DNA of 64,000 nt from an uncultured Alphaproteobacteria bacterium (GCA_944392785.1 CALXXW010000024.1:9744-73743); one strand, 5' to 3'; numbered from the stretch's first letter, positions 37,186-47,680 are shown. Notes: generated from the letters alone by a model not told the origin. A program made the numbers and translations.

Positions 37186-39450
37186 ATGGATACAGAATTA
37201 CTTGCCCCCGCCGGTGATTTAGAGGCTGGCTATAGTGCTCTTTACTTTGGTGCAGATGCCGTTTATTTGGGACTTCGGCGTTTTTCCGCGCGTGCGGAGG
37301 CGACTAATTTTTCTCCTGAAGATTTAGATACCTTTACAGCCTATGCACACTCTTTGGGTCGAAAGGTTTATGTGGCTGTCAACACGCTGGCTCAAGAGGA
37401 AGAGTTGCAAGAGGCCATGAATACCCTGCAAACCTGTGCTGACTGTCATGTCGATGCCGTTATTGTTCAAGATTTAGGTATTGCTCGTTTGGTACGACGC
37501 TCTTTTCCCGAATTAACGCTTCATGCCAGCACGCAAATGGCCATTCACAATCTGGCCGGAGCGTTGGCATTAAAGAAATTAGGTTTCAAACGTGTTGTCT
37601 TGGCACGAGAATTGACATGGGAAGAAATTCAAAAAATCCGGCAAGAGTCCGGGTTGGAAATTGAAGTATTTATTCATGGAGCCTTGTGCTATTCTTACAG
37701 CGGTCTATGCCTATTTTCCTCTCTGGAAACGGGACGAAGTGCCAATCGAGGAAAATGCGTTTATTCCTGTCGTGACATATTTCGGATAGAGGGTCGTGAA
37801 ACACGCGCTTTTTCGATGCGAGATTTAGCGTTAGAAAAAGAGGCCGGACGTTTGAAAGGTATGTCCCTTAAAATTGAAGGACGCAAGAAAACCGCTTTGT
37901 ATGTTGGTGCCGTCACAGACTATTATCGCCGCATTTTAGATACGGGGAAAGCGGATATCTCTCTTTCGGATAATATCAAACAAATTTTTGCGCGTCCCTG
38001 GACAAAGCTGCATTTTTATGGAAAAAACAAAGACGTATTTACACCTGATTTTGCCGGTCATAGAGGACTTCTCATCGGTTCGGTTGAGCGCACGGTCAAT
38101 CAAAGCATCACATTCAAATTAACACATGACATTGCTCGATATGACGGCGTTCAAATTGATATTCCGGGCGGTGACAAGCCTTTTGGCTTTTCCGTTGAAC
38201 AGTTAACCCTTAACGGCAAACATGTCTTTGAAGCCAAGTCCCATCAAACAGTCACTGTCAACTTGCCTCCGCATCATCCTTTTATTCCCAAGGGCGCTTC
38301 GGTCTATTTAGCCTCATCGACTCAAGTCAAAAGTGCCTATCCCTACACCAAACCCAAACCGGGAGCTTATCGCAATCGCTACCCGTTGGATGTCACCGTA
38401 TACCTTCATGCGGATGGCTTGACGGCAGAGGCGATGGGAGAAAGCATAACGCTGGCAACTCCTCTTACACCGGCTCGCCAACCTACCCTGGTTGACAGCC
38501 AAGTACGAACAGCTTTTGATAAGACGGGAGACACGCCGTTTACTTTGGCCCGGCTTACCGTTGTGAACCCCGAGCAGCTTTTTGCACCGGCTTCCGCTTT
38601 GAACGAGCTGAGACGGCGCCTATATGCCATTTTACGAATCGCGCGAAAAGAGCGCTTTTTACCACCGATCTCTTTATCGGCTTCGATACGACAAACACCT
38701 CTGTGGAGCATCAAAGTGCATCATCCCGACATGTTATCACACGTGCCGTTCGATCAATATGATGAGGCGGTTATTATGCTGGCGACGACATATCGTCCCG
38801 ATGATTTTCAAGGATTGCCTATTGATAAAATTCGCTTGGCTTTACCCCCTGTCATGCGCGGGGAAAATCTTTGGAAAAAAACAATTTCAACCTTTTTAAA
38901 TGCTGGTTTTAAACGCTGGGAAATCGGTAATCTATGTGGTTTGAGTTTATTACCCAAGAACACGGAGATTTCATTTGATTTCACGATTCCCGTCATGAAT
39001 ACCCAAAGCCTCATGAGCGCTTTGGAACTGGGCGCCAGCAGGGTGACATTTTCCCCCGAAGATACGCGTTTCAATATCTGCCGATTAGCACACAGCGGTG
39101 GGGCTCAGACATGCTTAATTGTCTATCAAGACACACCCCTTTTTCTTTCGGCAAACTGCATTCGCCCCTATGATTGTTCTGCCTGTGACAGAAAACCTCT
39201 GGAACAGCACATTTCAAATGGGAAAGGACAATTCCGTCTGATGTCGCAACAGTGTCAAACGGTTGTTTCTGATATGCGACCCTTGGCTCTGGGGCCCAGC
39301 GCTGGCGATATTCCGACAGAGTGGATGCGTGCTGATTTTTGTTGGCGCCTCTACGAGGCCTCTGAAATAGCCTGTCTCTATTCCCAGGTGAAACAAGCCA
39401 AACAAATGGCACATACTTTCACCGGGAATTTCCTGAAAAAATTTGCATAA
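37186..39450 (+). CDS. peptidase U32 family protein, long form (754 aa; RlhA/YhbU-like with C-terminal extension)
   Basis: N-terminal ELLAPAGDLEAGYSALYFGADAVYLG and the conserved Cys-containing core (FIHGALCYSYSGLC, CVYSC). It is a paralog of the ORF at 62418..63701. Confidence 0.8.
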   Translation: MDTELLAPAGDLEAGYSALYFGADAVYLGLRRFSARAEATNFSPEDLDTFTAYAHSLGRKVYVAVNTLAQEEELQEAMNTLQTCADCHVDAVIVQDLGIARLVRRSFPELTLHASTQMAIHNLAGALALKKLGFKRVVLARELTWEEIQKIRQESGLEIEVFIHGALCYSYSGLCLFSSLETGRSANRGKCVYSCRDIFRIEGRETRAFSMRDLALEKEAGRLKGMSLKIEGRKKTALYVGAVTDYYRRILDTGKADISLSDNIKQIFARPWTKLHFYGKNKDVFTPDFAGHRGLLIGSVERTVNQSITFKLTHDIARYDGVQIDIPGGDKPFGFSVEQLTLNGKHVFEAKSHQTVTVNLPPHHPFIPKGASVYLASSTQVKSAYPYTKPKPGAYRNRYPLDVTVYLHADGLTAEAMGESITLATPLTPARQPTLVDSQVRTAFDKTGDTPFTLARLTVVNPEQLFAPASALNELRRRLYAILRIARKERFLPPISLSASIRQTPLWSIKVHHPDMLSHVPFDQYDEAVIMLATTYRPDDFQGLPIDKIRLALPPVMRGENLWKKTISTFLNAGFKRWEIGNLCGLSLLPKNTEISFDFTIPVMNTQSLMSALELGASRVTFSPEDTRFNICRLAHSGGAQTCLIVYQDTPLFLSANCIRPYDCSACDRKPLEQHISNGKGQFRLMSQQCQTVVSDMRPLALGPSAGDIPTEWMRADFCWRLYEASEIACLYSQVKQAKQMAHTFTGNFLKKFA

Positions 39451-39511
39451 AAGCTGGGGGCACCTTATATGAGCTTCTGTTTTTTTAGCACACATTTTTG
39501 AAGGAGGAAAA

Positions 39512-40288
39512 ATGAAAATCATGAAATTATTGATGTTTCTTATCGGCCTGCTCGCCGTATTAGCACTTGGACTCTATCTATCTGCCGGTTTTCTGGTAAA
39601 ACAAGCGGTTTCCAGCCTTGTGCCGCCTATTACCGGTACATATGCCTCTGTTGATGATGTGGATATCGGATTCTTTTCGGGACAACTGGGGCTTAAAAAT
39701 CTGACTATCAGTAATCCTGCCGGTTTTTCAACACCGACGCTTTTCAATCTGGAATCCGTTGAAATTCTTTTTGATCCCTCGTCTTTGTTTCAACAGACAT
39801 TGGTTATTTCACGTATCGCCATAAAAGGTATCAACATTCATGCCGAAATGAATCAAAAAGGACAATTTAACCTAGTCGTTGTGAACGATAATATACAGAG
39901 TTATTTAACAACACGTCTCCACGAAACAGCAGAACAAAAAAGTGAAAGAGCCGATGAAACCGGTTCCTCTAAACAAGTTAAAATAAAAGAGCTGGACATT
40001 CAGGATACAACACTGCAGCTAACTGCTTTTGATCAAAATTTAACCATAAACATTCCCTCTATTCATCAAACCGATATCGGCAATAATCAAACGCCGGCGG
40101 AAGTCATAGCCGTCATGTTGGGCACAATCAGCTCCGAATCGGTGAAAAACCTATTGACTTCTGGTCGTGAGATGTTGGGGCAACACTTGAAAATAGACTC
40201 TCAGATATTTGAACACGTCAAAGCCGCCGGAAAAATGCTAGAACCACAAGGCGGAAAACAACGATATCGCATTCAAGATCTATTTTAG
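39512..40288 (+). CDS. membrane-anchored AsmA-like/DUF748-like protein (258 aa)
   Basis: N-terminal TM, then LKNLTISNPAGFSTPTLFNLESVEILFDPSSLFQQTLVISRIAIKGINIHAE, which resembles the AsmA N-terminal region. Confidence 0.45.
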   Translation: MKIMKLLMFLIGLLAVLALGLYLSAGFLVKQAVSSLVPPITGTYASVDDVDIGFFSGQLGLKNLTISNPAGFSTPTLFNLESVEILFDPSSLFQQTLVISRIAIKGINIHAEMNQKGQFNLVVVNDNIQSYLTTRLHETAEQKSERADETGSSKQVKIKELDIQDTTLQLTAFDQNLTINIPSIHQTDIGNNQTPAEVIAVMLGTISSESVKNLLTSGREMLGQHLKIDSQIFEHVKAAGKMLEPQGGKQRYRIQDLF

Positions 40289-42123
40289 AAATAATATCGA
40301 ACACTCAGCCGCACGGTATTATCACTGTGCGGCTTGATTTTTGTCCAGGCATAATCTATCGCCCACGCCCAATGACGCGTTATTTTATAACTATACTCGA
40401 CGGCCAACCTGGTTTGATTTAATTGCCAATTATCCGACAACAAACGTTCAGCCGACAAATGAGCTTGCATTGAGGGACCATACCATACTCCTCCTAATTC
40501 CGGCCCCATAGCCAGTCCCATATGATGCGCCAAAAATCCACTCAACGCAGCATCCGTATTCCAAAAAGCATATCCATAAAATCCGGAGAAGAGTTCATAA
40601 GCCACACCCGTTCCCCCTTTGATATGAGCGATATATCCCTCTTTATCCGTTTTGGGATTCCATTCGCGGCGTATTTGAGCTTTAATATGATAAGAATAAG
40701 GATGGAAAAGTGCATTTCGTGCTGAAACGGAAACAATATCAAGCAAATCAAATTGTTGCAAAACAAGTTTTTCTTTCTGATCATAATATCGCAATGTGGT
40801 CCGTCCGAAATTGATTTCCGACCCTTTTAACAACCCATCCGGAGCATCTGTCAATGAGTGATAGGCCCAACGCATATCCCATTCTTGAAAAGCCTCTCCC
40901 CGCCACCATCCCTGAGAGAGAACAATTCGCTTCGAATCATGGGATAACAAAGGCGAAATCGGTTCCGATACGCGAACATCAGAAAGTATGGGTAAATCAC
41001 GACGCTTCTGTAATGTATAAAACGTTTTCTTACGATAGGTAGCCAAATCCAAATCCCCCGCAACCGCTTGATACTGCAAGTACTCATAAGCGGTATCATA
41101 AATTCTTGCCTGAGCCAACAACGACAAATCACCTAAATCCGTTTCTTTCATATTCTCCAAATACCGAATAAGACATTGTTTTTCTTGCGGCGTCATCACT
41201 TGGTACTTTGCTGCAATTCTCTTCTGTCGAGAAGGACGATACTGAATCCGACGGACCAAACCGGGCTTCATGGCCACGGCTTTAAGGGTATCCGCCGGAA
41301 TCACGGTTCCTCGAAACGCTTTAGCTAACTCTAATGAGGGACGCACGGCATCTAATACTTCCATCAACATATACGAACAATTCTCGCTAAAAAAGAAATA
41401 CCGACTTTGATTGTGACCAATTTCCCATAAATGAGCCACAAAAAAATGTAATTCCTCCGACGATAGATTCAAAGTTAGTTCCCAAATATCACGATTTTCG
41501 ATATTATTGTAAGTATTGATGACATCATAATACGGCTTCACGGAAAAACCGCCCAAATAACCTCCTGTCAAGCCTAAGATCGCGAACAGAACACCGCCTT
41601 CATTCGGGTCAACAAACGCCCCATAATTAACCCCGTGTGCCACCAATTGTGTTCGCCCCTCCGGAATGTCTATACGAAACAGTGTATGTCCGAATAATGA
41701 GGAAGGATTATTCATATATGCATCCGTATACAAAAGTGTTAATGCTGCCGGATTTAAATCACGTTGAAATGATTCAAACTCAGAGCAGGCAGGATAAGGT
41801 TCTAACTTTTCTCCGGCTTTTTTTAAATAGAGATAACGGGCCGGAAAGAGACACTTTTTCTTTATATCCCCCTGAGGGTCTTGAAATAATTTTCTGGTTG
41901 CCATCAATTCTGTTTCAGGGTTTGTTCGTCCATCCTGAGCCAAAAAGAAACCGGGCGTATCCAGTGTGCTTTTATACCCTCCCAAGACAGCCGGTTGATA
42001 GTGTCCCAACGCCAACCAGCCGGCTTCATCAAATGAAACAGCTCCCCTGGCCGAAAATGTCCCAATACAGCATAAAAAGAGAGTCTCAAGAAGCGCTCTT
42101 AAGACTCTCTTTACAAAAGACAT
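40285..42123 (-). CDS. DUF4105 (Lnb N-terminal-like) domain outer-membrane protein
   Basis: Signal peptide, an FGHTLFRID motif region, and a C-terminal beta-barrel-like segment ending in RYYF. 612 aa. Confidence 0.65.
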   Translation of the reverse strand: MSFVKRVLRALLETLFLCCIGTFSARGAVSFDEAGWLALGHYQPAVLGGYKSTLDTPGFFLAQDGRTNPETELMATRKLFQDPQGDIKKKCLFPARYLYLKKAGEKLEPYPACSEFESFQRDLNPAALTLLYTDAYMNNPSSLFGHTLFRIDIPEGRTQLVAHGVNYGAFVDPNEGGVLFAILGLTGGYLGGFSVKPYYDVINTYNNIENRDIWELTLNLSSEELHFFVAHLWEIGHNQSRYFFFSENCSYMLMEVLDAVRPSLELAKAFRGTVIPADTLKAVAMKPGLVRRIQYRPSRQKRIAAKYQVMTPQEKQCLIRYLENMKETDLGDLSLLAQARIYDTAYEYLQYQAVAGDLDLATYRKKTFYTLQKRRDLPILSDVRVSEPISPLLSHDSKRIVLSQGWWRGEAFQEWDMRWAYHSLTDAPDGLLKGSEINFGRTTLRYYDQKEKLVLQQFDLLDIVSVSARNALFHPYSYHIKAQIRREWNPKTDKEGYIAHIKGGTGVAYELFSGFYGYAFWNTDAALSGFLAHHMGLAMGPELGGVWYGPSMQAHLSAERLLSDNWQLNQTRLAVEYSYKITRHWAWAIDYAWTKIKPHSDNTVRLSVRYYF

Positions 42124-42149
42124 GGCTTAAAAAAATCCTTATAGTCTAT

Positions 42150-42608
42150 TTAAGCTTGCACATTTAACAAATTCATCAGATTTGTTGCAACCGTCAACAC
42201 ATCTGTATTTTCATCCGAAAAAATAGTGTTAAAGTTCTCTTTAGAAACCGTGGCCACTTCTTCCACCGGACGCCCTAAAATACCGGCGATGGTATATAAA
42301 GTTTCTCCTTCGCCGCGTGAGGCATCAAAAGCATATTGCTCCATATTGTTTTCCAAAAAGACAAATAAGACTTTACCTGTTCCACCGGTAATACGACCGT
42401 TGGGATCACACCCCAAAGAACCTGAGGTAATACCAAAACTTTGAGAACCTGATGTACCATTTGTCGTCACGGCCAAAAGCTGAGGACCCGCCCCACGATG
42501 GCCTTTCCATAAGGTGCTTCCCAATCCGCAACCGGTGCTATCAATAGCCATCGCTTGTGTTGAGGCCAGTAAAAATCCGGCGGCTGCCAGTGTCATAAGT
42601 TTTTTCAT
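42150..42608 (-). CDS. DUF3015-family secreted protein
   Basis: Signal peptide, GCGLGS near the N-terminus, Gly/Ser-rich, ~150 aa. These are typical DUF3015 features. Confidence 0.6.
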   Translation of the reverse strand: MKKLMTLAAAGFLLASTQAMAIDSTGCGLGSTLWKGHRGAGPQLLAVTTNGTSGSQSFGITSGSLGCDPNGRITGGTGKVLFVFLENNMEQYAFDASRGEGETLYTIAGILGRPVEEVATVSKENFNTIFSDENTDVLTVATNLMNLLNVQA

Positions 42609-42690
42609 TATCTTTTCCCTTTCTTATAGTAATACAATGACATTTTTAGGATTACCATAGACTAAAGTTAAAATCAAGTCCCGACAGAGA

Positions 42691-42723
42691 AAAAAAAGCA
42701 AAAAAAGTCCGCAGAAGCGGACT
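42691..42723 (-). terminator. intrinsic terminator (AGTCCGC-ttct-GCGGACT followed by a U-tract on the minus strand) after the bPH-domain gene
   Basis: Perfect 7-bp stem at 42706..42723, followed on the minus strand by TTTTTTTGCTTTTTTTT. Confidence 0.75.
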
Positions 42724-42753
42724 TTAAGATACAATTGATCAGATTCTTTGACG

Positions 42754-43203
42754 TTAAGCCAAGCTCTCCAGAATAACCGTCCCCTTCTTTTGACGAGCCA
42801 TCACATATTGCTGGCGTAAGGTATCTCGCACACGATGGGGATTAGGAATTTTATCCATAACAACACGACTTGTTTGATCACTAGAGTGAATATAAATGCG
42901 CCCTAAGTCCGCCCAAACATCTATCATAGACTGCTCTGTTTTCGTATCCACAATACGAAACAGCTCAACCTCATCAACAGCTTTACTAAAAATACCCGAA
43001 ATGACTATTAACCGTTGATTGGTTAAAACATAGGATGTATAAATACGCTTATAGTATAAGGCGATTAAAAAGATACCCAGCGTGACAACCGTTAAAATCA
43101 AATAAAACGGGTTGTACTTGACATCAGCGATAGAACCGGTCACATTCCAAATAAACTCTTCATCCGAATTAATGATATTGCTGATAATACGATAGTTATT
43201 CAT
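42754..43203 (-). CDS. bacterial PH-domain (bPH_2/YdbS-like, DUF304) membrane protein
   Basis: Two N-terminal TM helices then a PH-like domain (VLTNQRLIVISGIFSKAVDEVELFRIVD). Confidence 0.6.
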   Translation of the reverse strand: MNNYRIISNIINSDEEFIWNVTGSIADVKYNPFYLILTVVTLGIFLIALYYKRIYTSYVLTNQRLIVISGIFSKAVDEVELFRIVDTKTEQSMIDVWADLGRIYIHSSDQTSRVVMDKIPNPHRVRDTLRQQYVMARQKKGTVILESLA

Positions 43204-43431
43204 AAAGACTCCTGTAAAAGCATATTAAAACACCCGCGCTTTATTCTAGCGATGAACGCACTAAAAATCAATTCTTTTTTTAATCTTATAAACATTTTAT
43301 GATATGTTCTTTTTACATACTTTCGTCTTTATTTAAAAAAAAACGAGCAAAAGGGGTAGATTTTTAACAAAATACTACTTAAAGTTGTAAGTGCTTCTAG
43401 TGATATTTTTTTATGAAGAAAGGAGAATGAA

Positions 43432-44028
43432 ATGAAAAAATATTTGTTATCCACATTAGCAGTTGCCGGTTTAATGGTTGCCGCGACAAATGCCTCAGCC
43501 AGTTGGTCAGGCTTTGAAGCCCCGGCTTATGCCGTTGTTGAAGCCGGATATTCCATAGGGCAAAAAGACAATGACGATTCGGCACTGTTAGGTCTTGGTA
43601 TGGGCTATCAATTTGACAAGTACATGCGTGCGGACATCATTGCTGATTACCGCGGATGGGGAGAAGTCAAATTTAAAGGTGACAAACATCACAAAACCGA
43701 TGTCTGGTCCATTCCTGTTTTGGCCAACGCCTATGTGACATATCCGTTTGCCGATGGAATTGGTATCTACGGTATGGGTGGTATCGGTATGGCATTCACC
43801 AAAACCGACAAAACCCACGAAACCAAGGGCAAAATGAAGACAAATTTTGCTTGGAATGTCGGTGCCGGTGTTGAATATAAGCTGACACCTTGCTTAGTCA
43901 TGGATCTGGGATATCGTTATTCGGATTTGGGCCAAGCGCGCATCAAATATCGTAACGGCTTCTCTGGTAAGTCAAAAGCCGATATGCGTTCACACGATAT
44001 TAAGCTGGGACTCAGATACTATTTCTAA
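43432..44028 (+). CDS. outer-membrane beta-barrel protein (Omp25/OmpA-like small porin family)
   Basis: Signal peptide, alternating amphipathic beta-strands, and the C-terminal consensus DIKLGLRYYF. Confidence 0.8.
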   Translation: MKKYLLSTLAVAGLMVAATNASASWSGFEAPAYAVVEAGYSIGQKDNDDSALLGLGMGYQFDKYMRADIIADYRGWGEVKFKGDKHHKTDVWSIPVLANAYVTYPFADGIGIYGMGGIGMAFTKTDKTHETKGKMKTNFAWNVGAGVEYKLTPCLVMDLGYRYSDLGQARIKYRNGFSGKSKADMRSHDIKLGLRYYF

Positions 44029-44050
44029 TCTGATTTCCTTTCAGAAAGAA

Positions 44051-44080
44051 AACATCCTGCCCTGCGACAGGATGTTTTTC
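44051..44080. terminator. bidirectional intrinsic terminator between the OMP gene (+) and lpxC (-)
   Basis: AACATCCTG-ccctgcga-CAGGATGTT is a perfect 9-bp stem, flanked by an A-tract upstream and TTTTC downstream. Confidence 0.7.
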
Positions 44081-44102
44081 ATATCAAAAACCAACTTATT
44101 TT

Positions 44103-45077
44103 TTAGGCACTTTTACGTTTGTTTTTTTGCAGTAAATCTTCCTCATAATCGTCTAAGTCAACGATTTCATAAGCCGTTCTGTCTGACATCAGCTTTCGCA
44201 ATAACATGTTGGTATGATAGTGACCTGACTTACATCCACAAAAATGACCAATGATAGGCATCCCCAACTGATACAAATCACCGACGGCATCCAGTGTTTT
44301 ATGCACAACGAACTCATTATCACTGCGCAAACCCTCTGTATTTAACACCACATCTCCATCAACGACGACGGCATTGTCCAAAGATCCTCCCTTGGCCAAT
44401 CCCATGGAACGTAAAAGCTCCACCTCCTGTGCAAAACCAAACGTTCTGGCATATCCAATGTGATCTTTAAAAGCTTGCTCGGATAATTTCACCGAGTATT
44501 CCTGACGCCCAATGGCGCGAGACTGCTGAAAATCAATCATAAAATCAATGGAAAGCCCCTCAGCTGCCGGATACAAGCAAACAGAACACCCTTTATCATC
44601 CTCAAAAGATACTTCTTTCAAAATTTTAATAGCCTTCTTCGGAGCATCTTGAGGCACAATCCCGGCACACGCAATCAACGTTATAAAATCTTTAGCCGAA
44701 CCATCCATGACAGGTACTTCCGGCCCATCCAACTCAACGAACACATTCGTTAAGCCAAAACCGGCAAAAGCCGCCATCAAATGTTCTATTGTTGAAACGG
44801 TCACCCCCTCGTGATTTCCGATACAAGAACACATCCGAGTATCCACAACAGCCGCATAACTTGCCGGGATCAGATTATCTTTATCCTTAACATCCGTGCG
44901 ACGGAACACAATGCCTGTTCCGACCGGCGCCGGCTTCAAACACATTTGCACTTTTTGTCCCCCATGTAATCCTATTCCTGTACATGGTATGGCATTTTGC
45001 AAGGTTGTTTCACAATGTTTGTATGGTGATAATGTTTTAATTTCGGCTATCATCGTTAACTCCCTATTGGTTTTCAT
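44103..45077 (-). CDS. lpxC: UDP-3-O-acyl-N-acetylglucosamine deacetylase LpxC
   Basis: GIGLHGGQKV, HEGVTVSTIEHLMAA (zinc ligands), and FGFAQEVELLRSMGLAKGGSLDNAVVV. The start is ambiguous (Met1/13/21). Confidence 0.9.
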   Translation of the reverse strand: MKTNRELTMIAEIKTLSPYKHCETTLQNAIPCTGIGLHGGQKVQMCLKPAPVGTGIVFRRTDVKDKDNLIPASYAAVVDTRMCSCIGNHEGVTVSTIEHLMAAFAGFGLTNVFVELDGPEVPVMDGSAKDFITLIACAGIVPQDAPKKAIKILKEVSFEDDKGCSVCLYPAAEGLSIDFMIDFQQSRAIGRQEYSVKLSEQAFKDHIGYARTFGFAQEVELLRSMGLAKGGSLDNAVVVDGDVVLNTEGLRSDNEFVVHKTLDAVGDLYQLGMPIIGHFCGCKSGHYHTNMLLRKLMSDRTAYEIVDLDDYEEDLLQKNKRKSA

Positions 45078-45216
45078 TGGTTGCAGAATAGCTGAATATG
45101 CCGTCAATATCAAATCAATGATTATTTCAAATTATTACAGTCTTTCATAAACCAAAGAATTTCTTGATTTTCAAGGAGTAAACAACTTACATATAAAGAC
45201 AAGAAAGGAGAAGTGC

Positions 45217-46185
45217 ATGCGCAAGACAAGTTATAAAATTGCCATTATCGGTCCCAAAACAAGCCTTGGCAGCGCTCTGTTAACGCTATTAGAAGAGCAT
45301 CACTTTCCGCCGGAAAATATCTACCCCCTGGATGCCCATCAATATCAAAACACTTTTTTACCCTACGATGACGGTTTCCTAAAGGTTGAGGCGCTTGATA
45401 CCTTTCGCTTTGACAACCGTTATATTGCTGTTTTATGCACGGACAGTATTCTCTCTGCCTATAAAGAAGAGGCTATTCAACAAGGCAGTTGGCTTATTGA
45501 CTGCACGGGACGTATTTCGTCAGCTCCCGTTGTGATGCCAGAAATCAATCCAGAAGCAATCTCTCGAGCAGACAAGCGTATGATTAGCAGTCCGACAGCT
45601 GCCGCCGGCGCATTAAGCCTGGTTTTAACAACCCTTCAAAAGAAATTTAAATTACTTTCTTGTTGCTCGACAGGCATTTACAGCGCCGGAGAAATCGGCT
45701 TTGAAGCCTCTGATACTCTCTTTAATCAATCACGTTGTATTTATACGCAACGTGAACTTCCTTCCTCCACCTTTCATAAACCATTGGCCTTTAATCTTAT
45801 TCCCGAGCTGATTCCCAAGCTCAGCACTTTGACAATCCAGCAAATACATCAACTGACGCATGCTCCTATCTTTTTTTCATCTTGCTTTGCACCCGTTTTT
45901 CAAGGGCAAGCTCTCTCTTTATCCTTTCTTCTGCCTCAATCGACACGTCTCAAATGTGTTGAAAGAGTCTTAAGCCGCACACCACGCTGCCGTTTAATTA
46001 CTCAAGCCTCTGAGGGTTTTACACTCTCCCCGATGGATATTTTAACCGAAGACGATATCTACATAACCTCTTTACGAGCGGATGCGGACACCATTGGATT
46101 ATTTCATGCTTGGATTTTATCGGATAATCTGCGCACAGGAACAGCTTTAAATGCCGTTCACTTAATTAAACTTCTTTTATCTTGA
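45217..46185 (+). CDS. aspartate-semialdehyde dehydrogenase family (USG-1-like) protein. The catalytic Cys is apparently absent.
   Basis: N-terminal Rossmann IAIIGPKTSLGSALLTLLEEHHFP. The position of the Asd NCST active-site motif reads SSPTAAAG instead. Confidence 0.55.
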   Translation: MRKTSYKIAIIGPKTSLGSALLTLLEEHHFPPENIYPLDAHQYQNTFLPYDDGFLKVEALDTFRFDNRYIAVLCTDSILSAYKEEAIQQGSWLIDCTGRISSAPVVMPEINPEAISRADKRMISSPTAAAGALSLVLTTLQKKFKLLSCCSTGIYSAGEIGFEASDTLFNQSRCIYTQRELPSSTFHKPLAFNLIPELIPKLSTLTIQQIHQLTHAPIFFSSCFAPVFQGQALSLSFLLPQSTRLKCVERVLSRTPRCRLITQASEGFTLSPMDILTEDDIYITSLRADADTIGLFHAWILSDNLRTGTALNAVHLIKLLLS

Positions 46186-46216
46186 CATTTTTTAAAAAAA
46201 AAGTGAATATAGGCCT

Positions 46217-47680
46217 ATGACATTAAAAGAAAGACTACATAAGGCTGCTCAGCGCACACGTGTTATCCGCTACAAGGCCTATAAACGAGTCGGTGTTGCC
46301 AAACATCGTCACAAGATTGATTTCTCCTTATTTTTAATTATCTTATGGTGCTTAGCAACCCTACCGTTTTTTATTTTACCCACCAAAGAGTACACTTCAG
46401 AAACACTGTCTTCCGTCTCCATCCCCGTCCCGGTCGGGACCAATCCGGAGGCCGAAGAAGTTGTTCATGAGGATTTAGGCGATGCACCTGTCGAGCAAGA
46501 ACAACAGGCCTCTTTAATTGAACTGGAAAAACGCGCTCAATTGGGTGAAGTTTCCGTCGATATTCAATCTTTACAAAAAGGAGATTCTCTGTTATCCGTT
46601 TTGGCCGATGAAAACATTTCGGCCACAGAACGCTTGGATATTGCCGAGGCCTTTGAATTACTAATAGACTTACGCGCCCTACAACTGGGGACGCCCGTCA
46701 TGTTTTTTAAAGATGCCGAGACGAATACCATATTGGGTGTATCCATTCAAATCAAACCCGACGAAACGGTCTCTGCCTTGCGGGAGGAAAACGGATCCTG
46801 GACACCATTTTCTCAAGCCAGTCGTATTGAATCTCACACTACGCGCTTAACCGGTTCGGTCGAAAGGACTTTTGCCGGCTCGGCGGCCAAGGCCCTTGTG
46901 CCTGAGTCCATTATAACCCAGGTGATCAACGCGTTAGATGGCGAGGTAGATTTTCAATCCGATATTCATGCCGGCGATACATTTGACGTTATTTTTGAAA
47001 CAAAGACAACGCAAAGCGGCCTTGAAATCGGGGCAAAACAATTGCTGTTTATCGGTCTTCAATTAAAGGATAAAAACATTTATCGTTATTACTACACGGA
47101 TCATACGGGAACGCCGGGCTTTTATGATGCTCGAGGAAAAAGCGGCGAAAAAGTTCTGCTGAAACGTCCCCTAAAAGCACGGGCTCGGCTATCCTCACCT
47201 TACGGGCGACGGCGTCATCCTGTATTATTATATGAAATCTTTCACCACGGCGTTGATTTAGCGGCACCGAAAGGAACACCGATTATGGCTGCTGCCGACG
47301 GCACCATTCTTCAGATCGGAAGAAAAGGGGCATACGGGAAGTATATTCGCATCAAACATGATGGTAATTACTATACGGCTTATGGACATATGAACGGCTA
47401 TCGCGCCGATTTAAAGCCAAGATCAAAAGTCAAGCGCGGAGAGGTCATCGGCTATGTCGGCTCTACGGGCCGATCTACGGGACCTCACCTACATTTTGAA
47501 GTGTGGAAAGGGAATAAAACCGTCCCTCCGTTCGGACATAATGCCATTCCCAGCAAACAGCTGAAAAATTTTGAGCTGGAACAGTTTGTCGCCTTTGCCG
47601 AAGGGCTTCATCCAGATTATATTTGGCAGGCCGCCGGTACGATTCCGGATGTTCCGCCCCCAAAACCTATTTTTAAATGA
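46217..47680 (+). CDS. M23 family (LytM-type) peptidoglycan endopeptidase with N-terminal TM
   Basis: HHGVDLAAPKGTPIMAAADG...YGHMNGY...GYVGSTGRSTGPHLHFEV are the canonical M23 zinc motifs. Confidence 0.8.
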   Translation: MTLKERLHKAAQRTRVIRYKAYKRVGVAKHRHKIDFSLFLIILWCLATLPFFILPTKEYTSETLSSVSIPVPVGTNPEAEEVVHEDLGDAPVEQEQQASLIELEKRAQLGEVSVDIQSLQKGDSLLSVLADENISATERLDIAEAFELLIDLRALQLGTPVMFFKDAETNTILGVSIQIKPDETVSALREENGSWTPFSQASRIESHTTRLTGSVERTFAGSAAKALVPESIITQVINALDGEVDFQSDIHAGDTFDVIFETKTTQSGLEIGAKQLLFIGLQLKDKNIYRYYYTDHTGTPGFYDARGKSGEKVLLKRPLKARARLSSPYGRRRHPVLLYEIFHHGVDLAAPKGTPIMAAADGTILQIGRKGAYGKYIRIKHDGNYYTAYGHMNGYRADLKPRSKVKRGEVIGYVGSTGRSTGPHLHFEVWKGNKTVPPFGHNAIPSKQLKNFELEQFVAFAEGLHPDYIWQAAGTIPDVPPPKPIFK

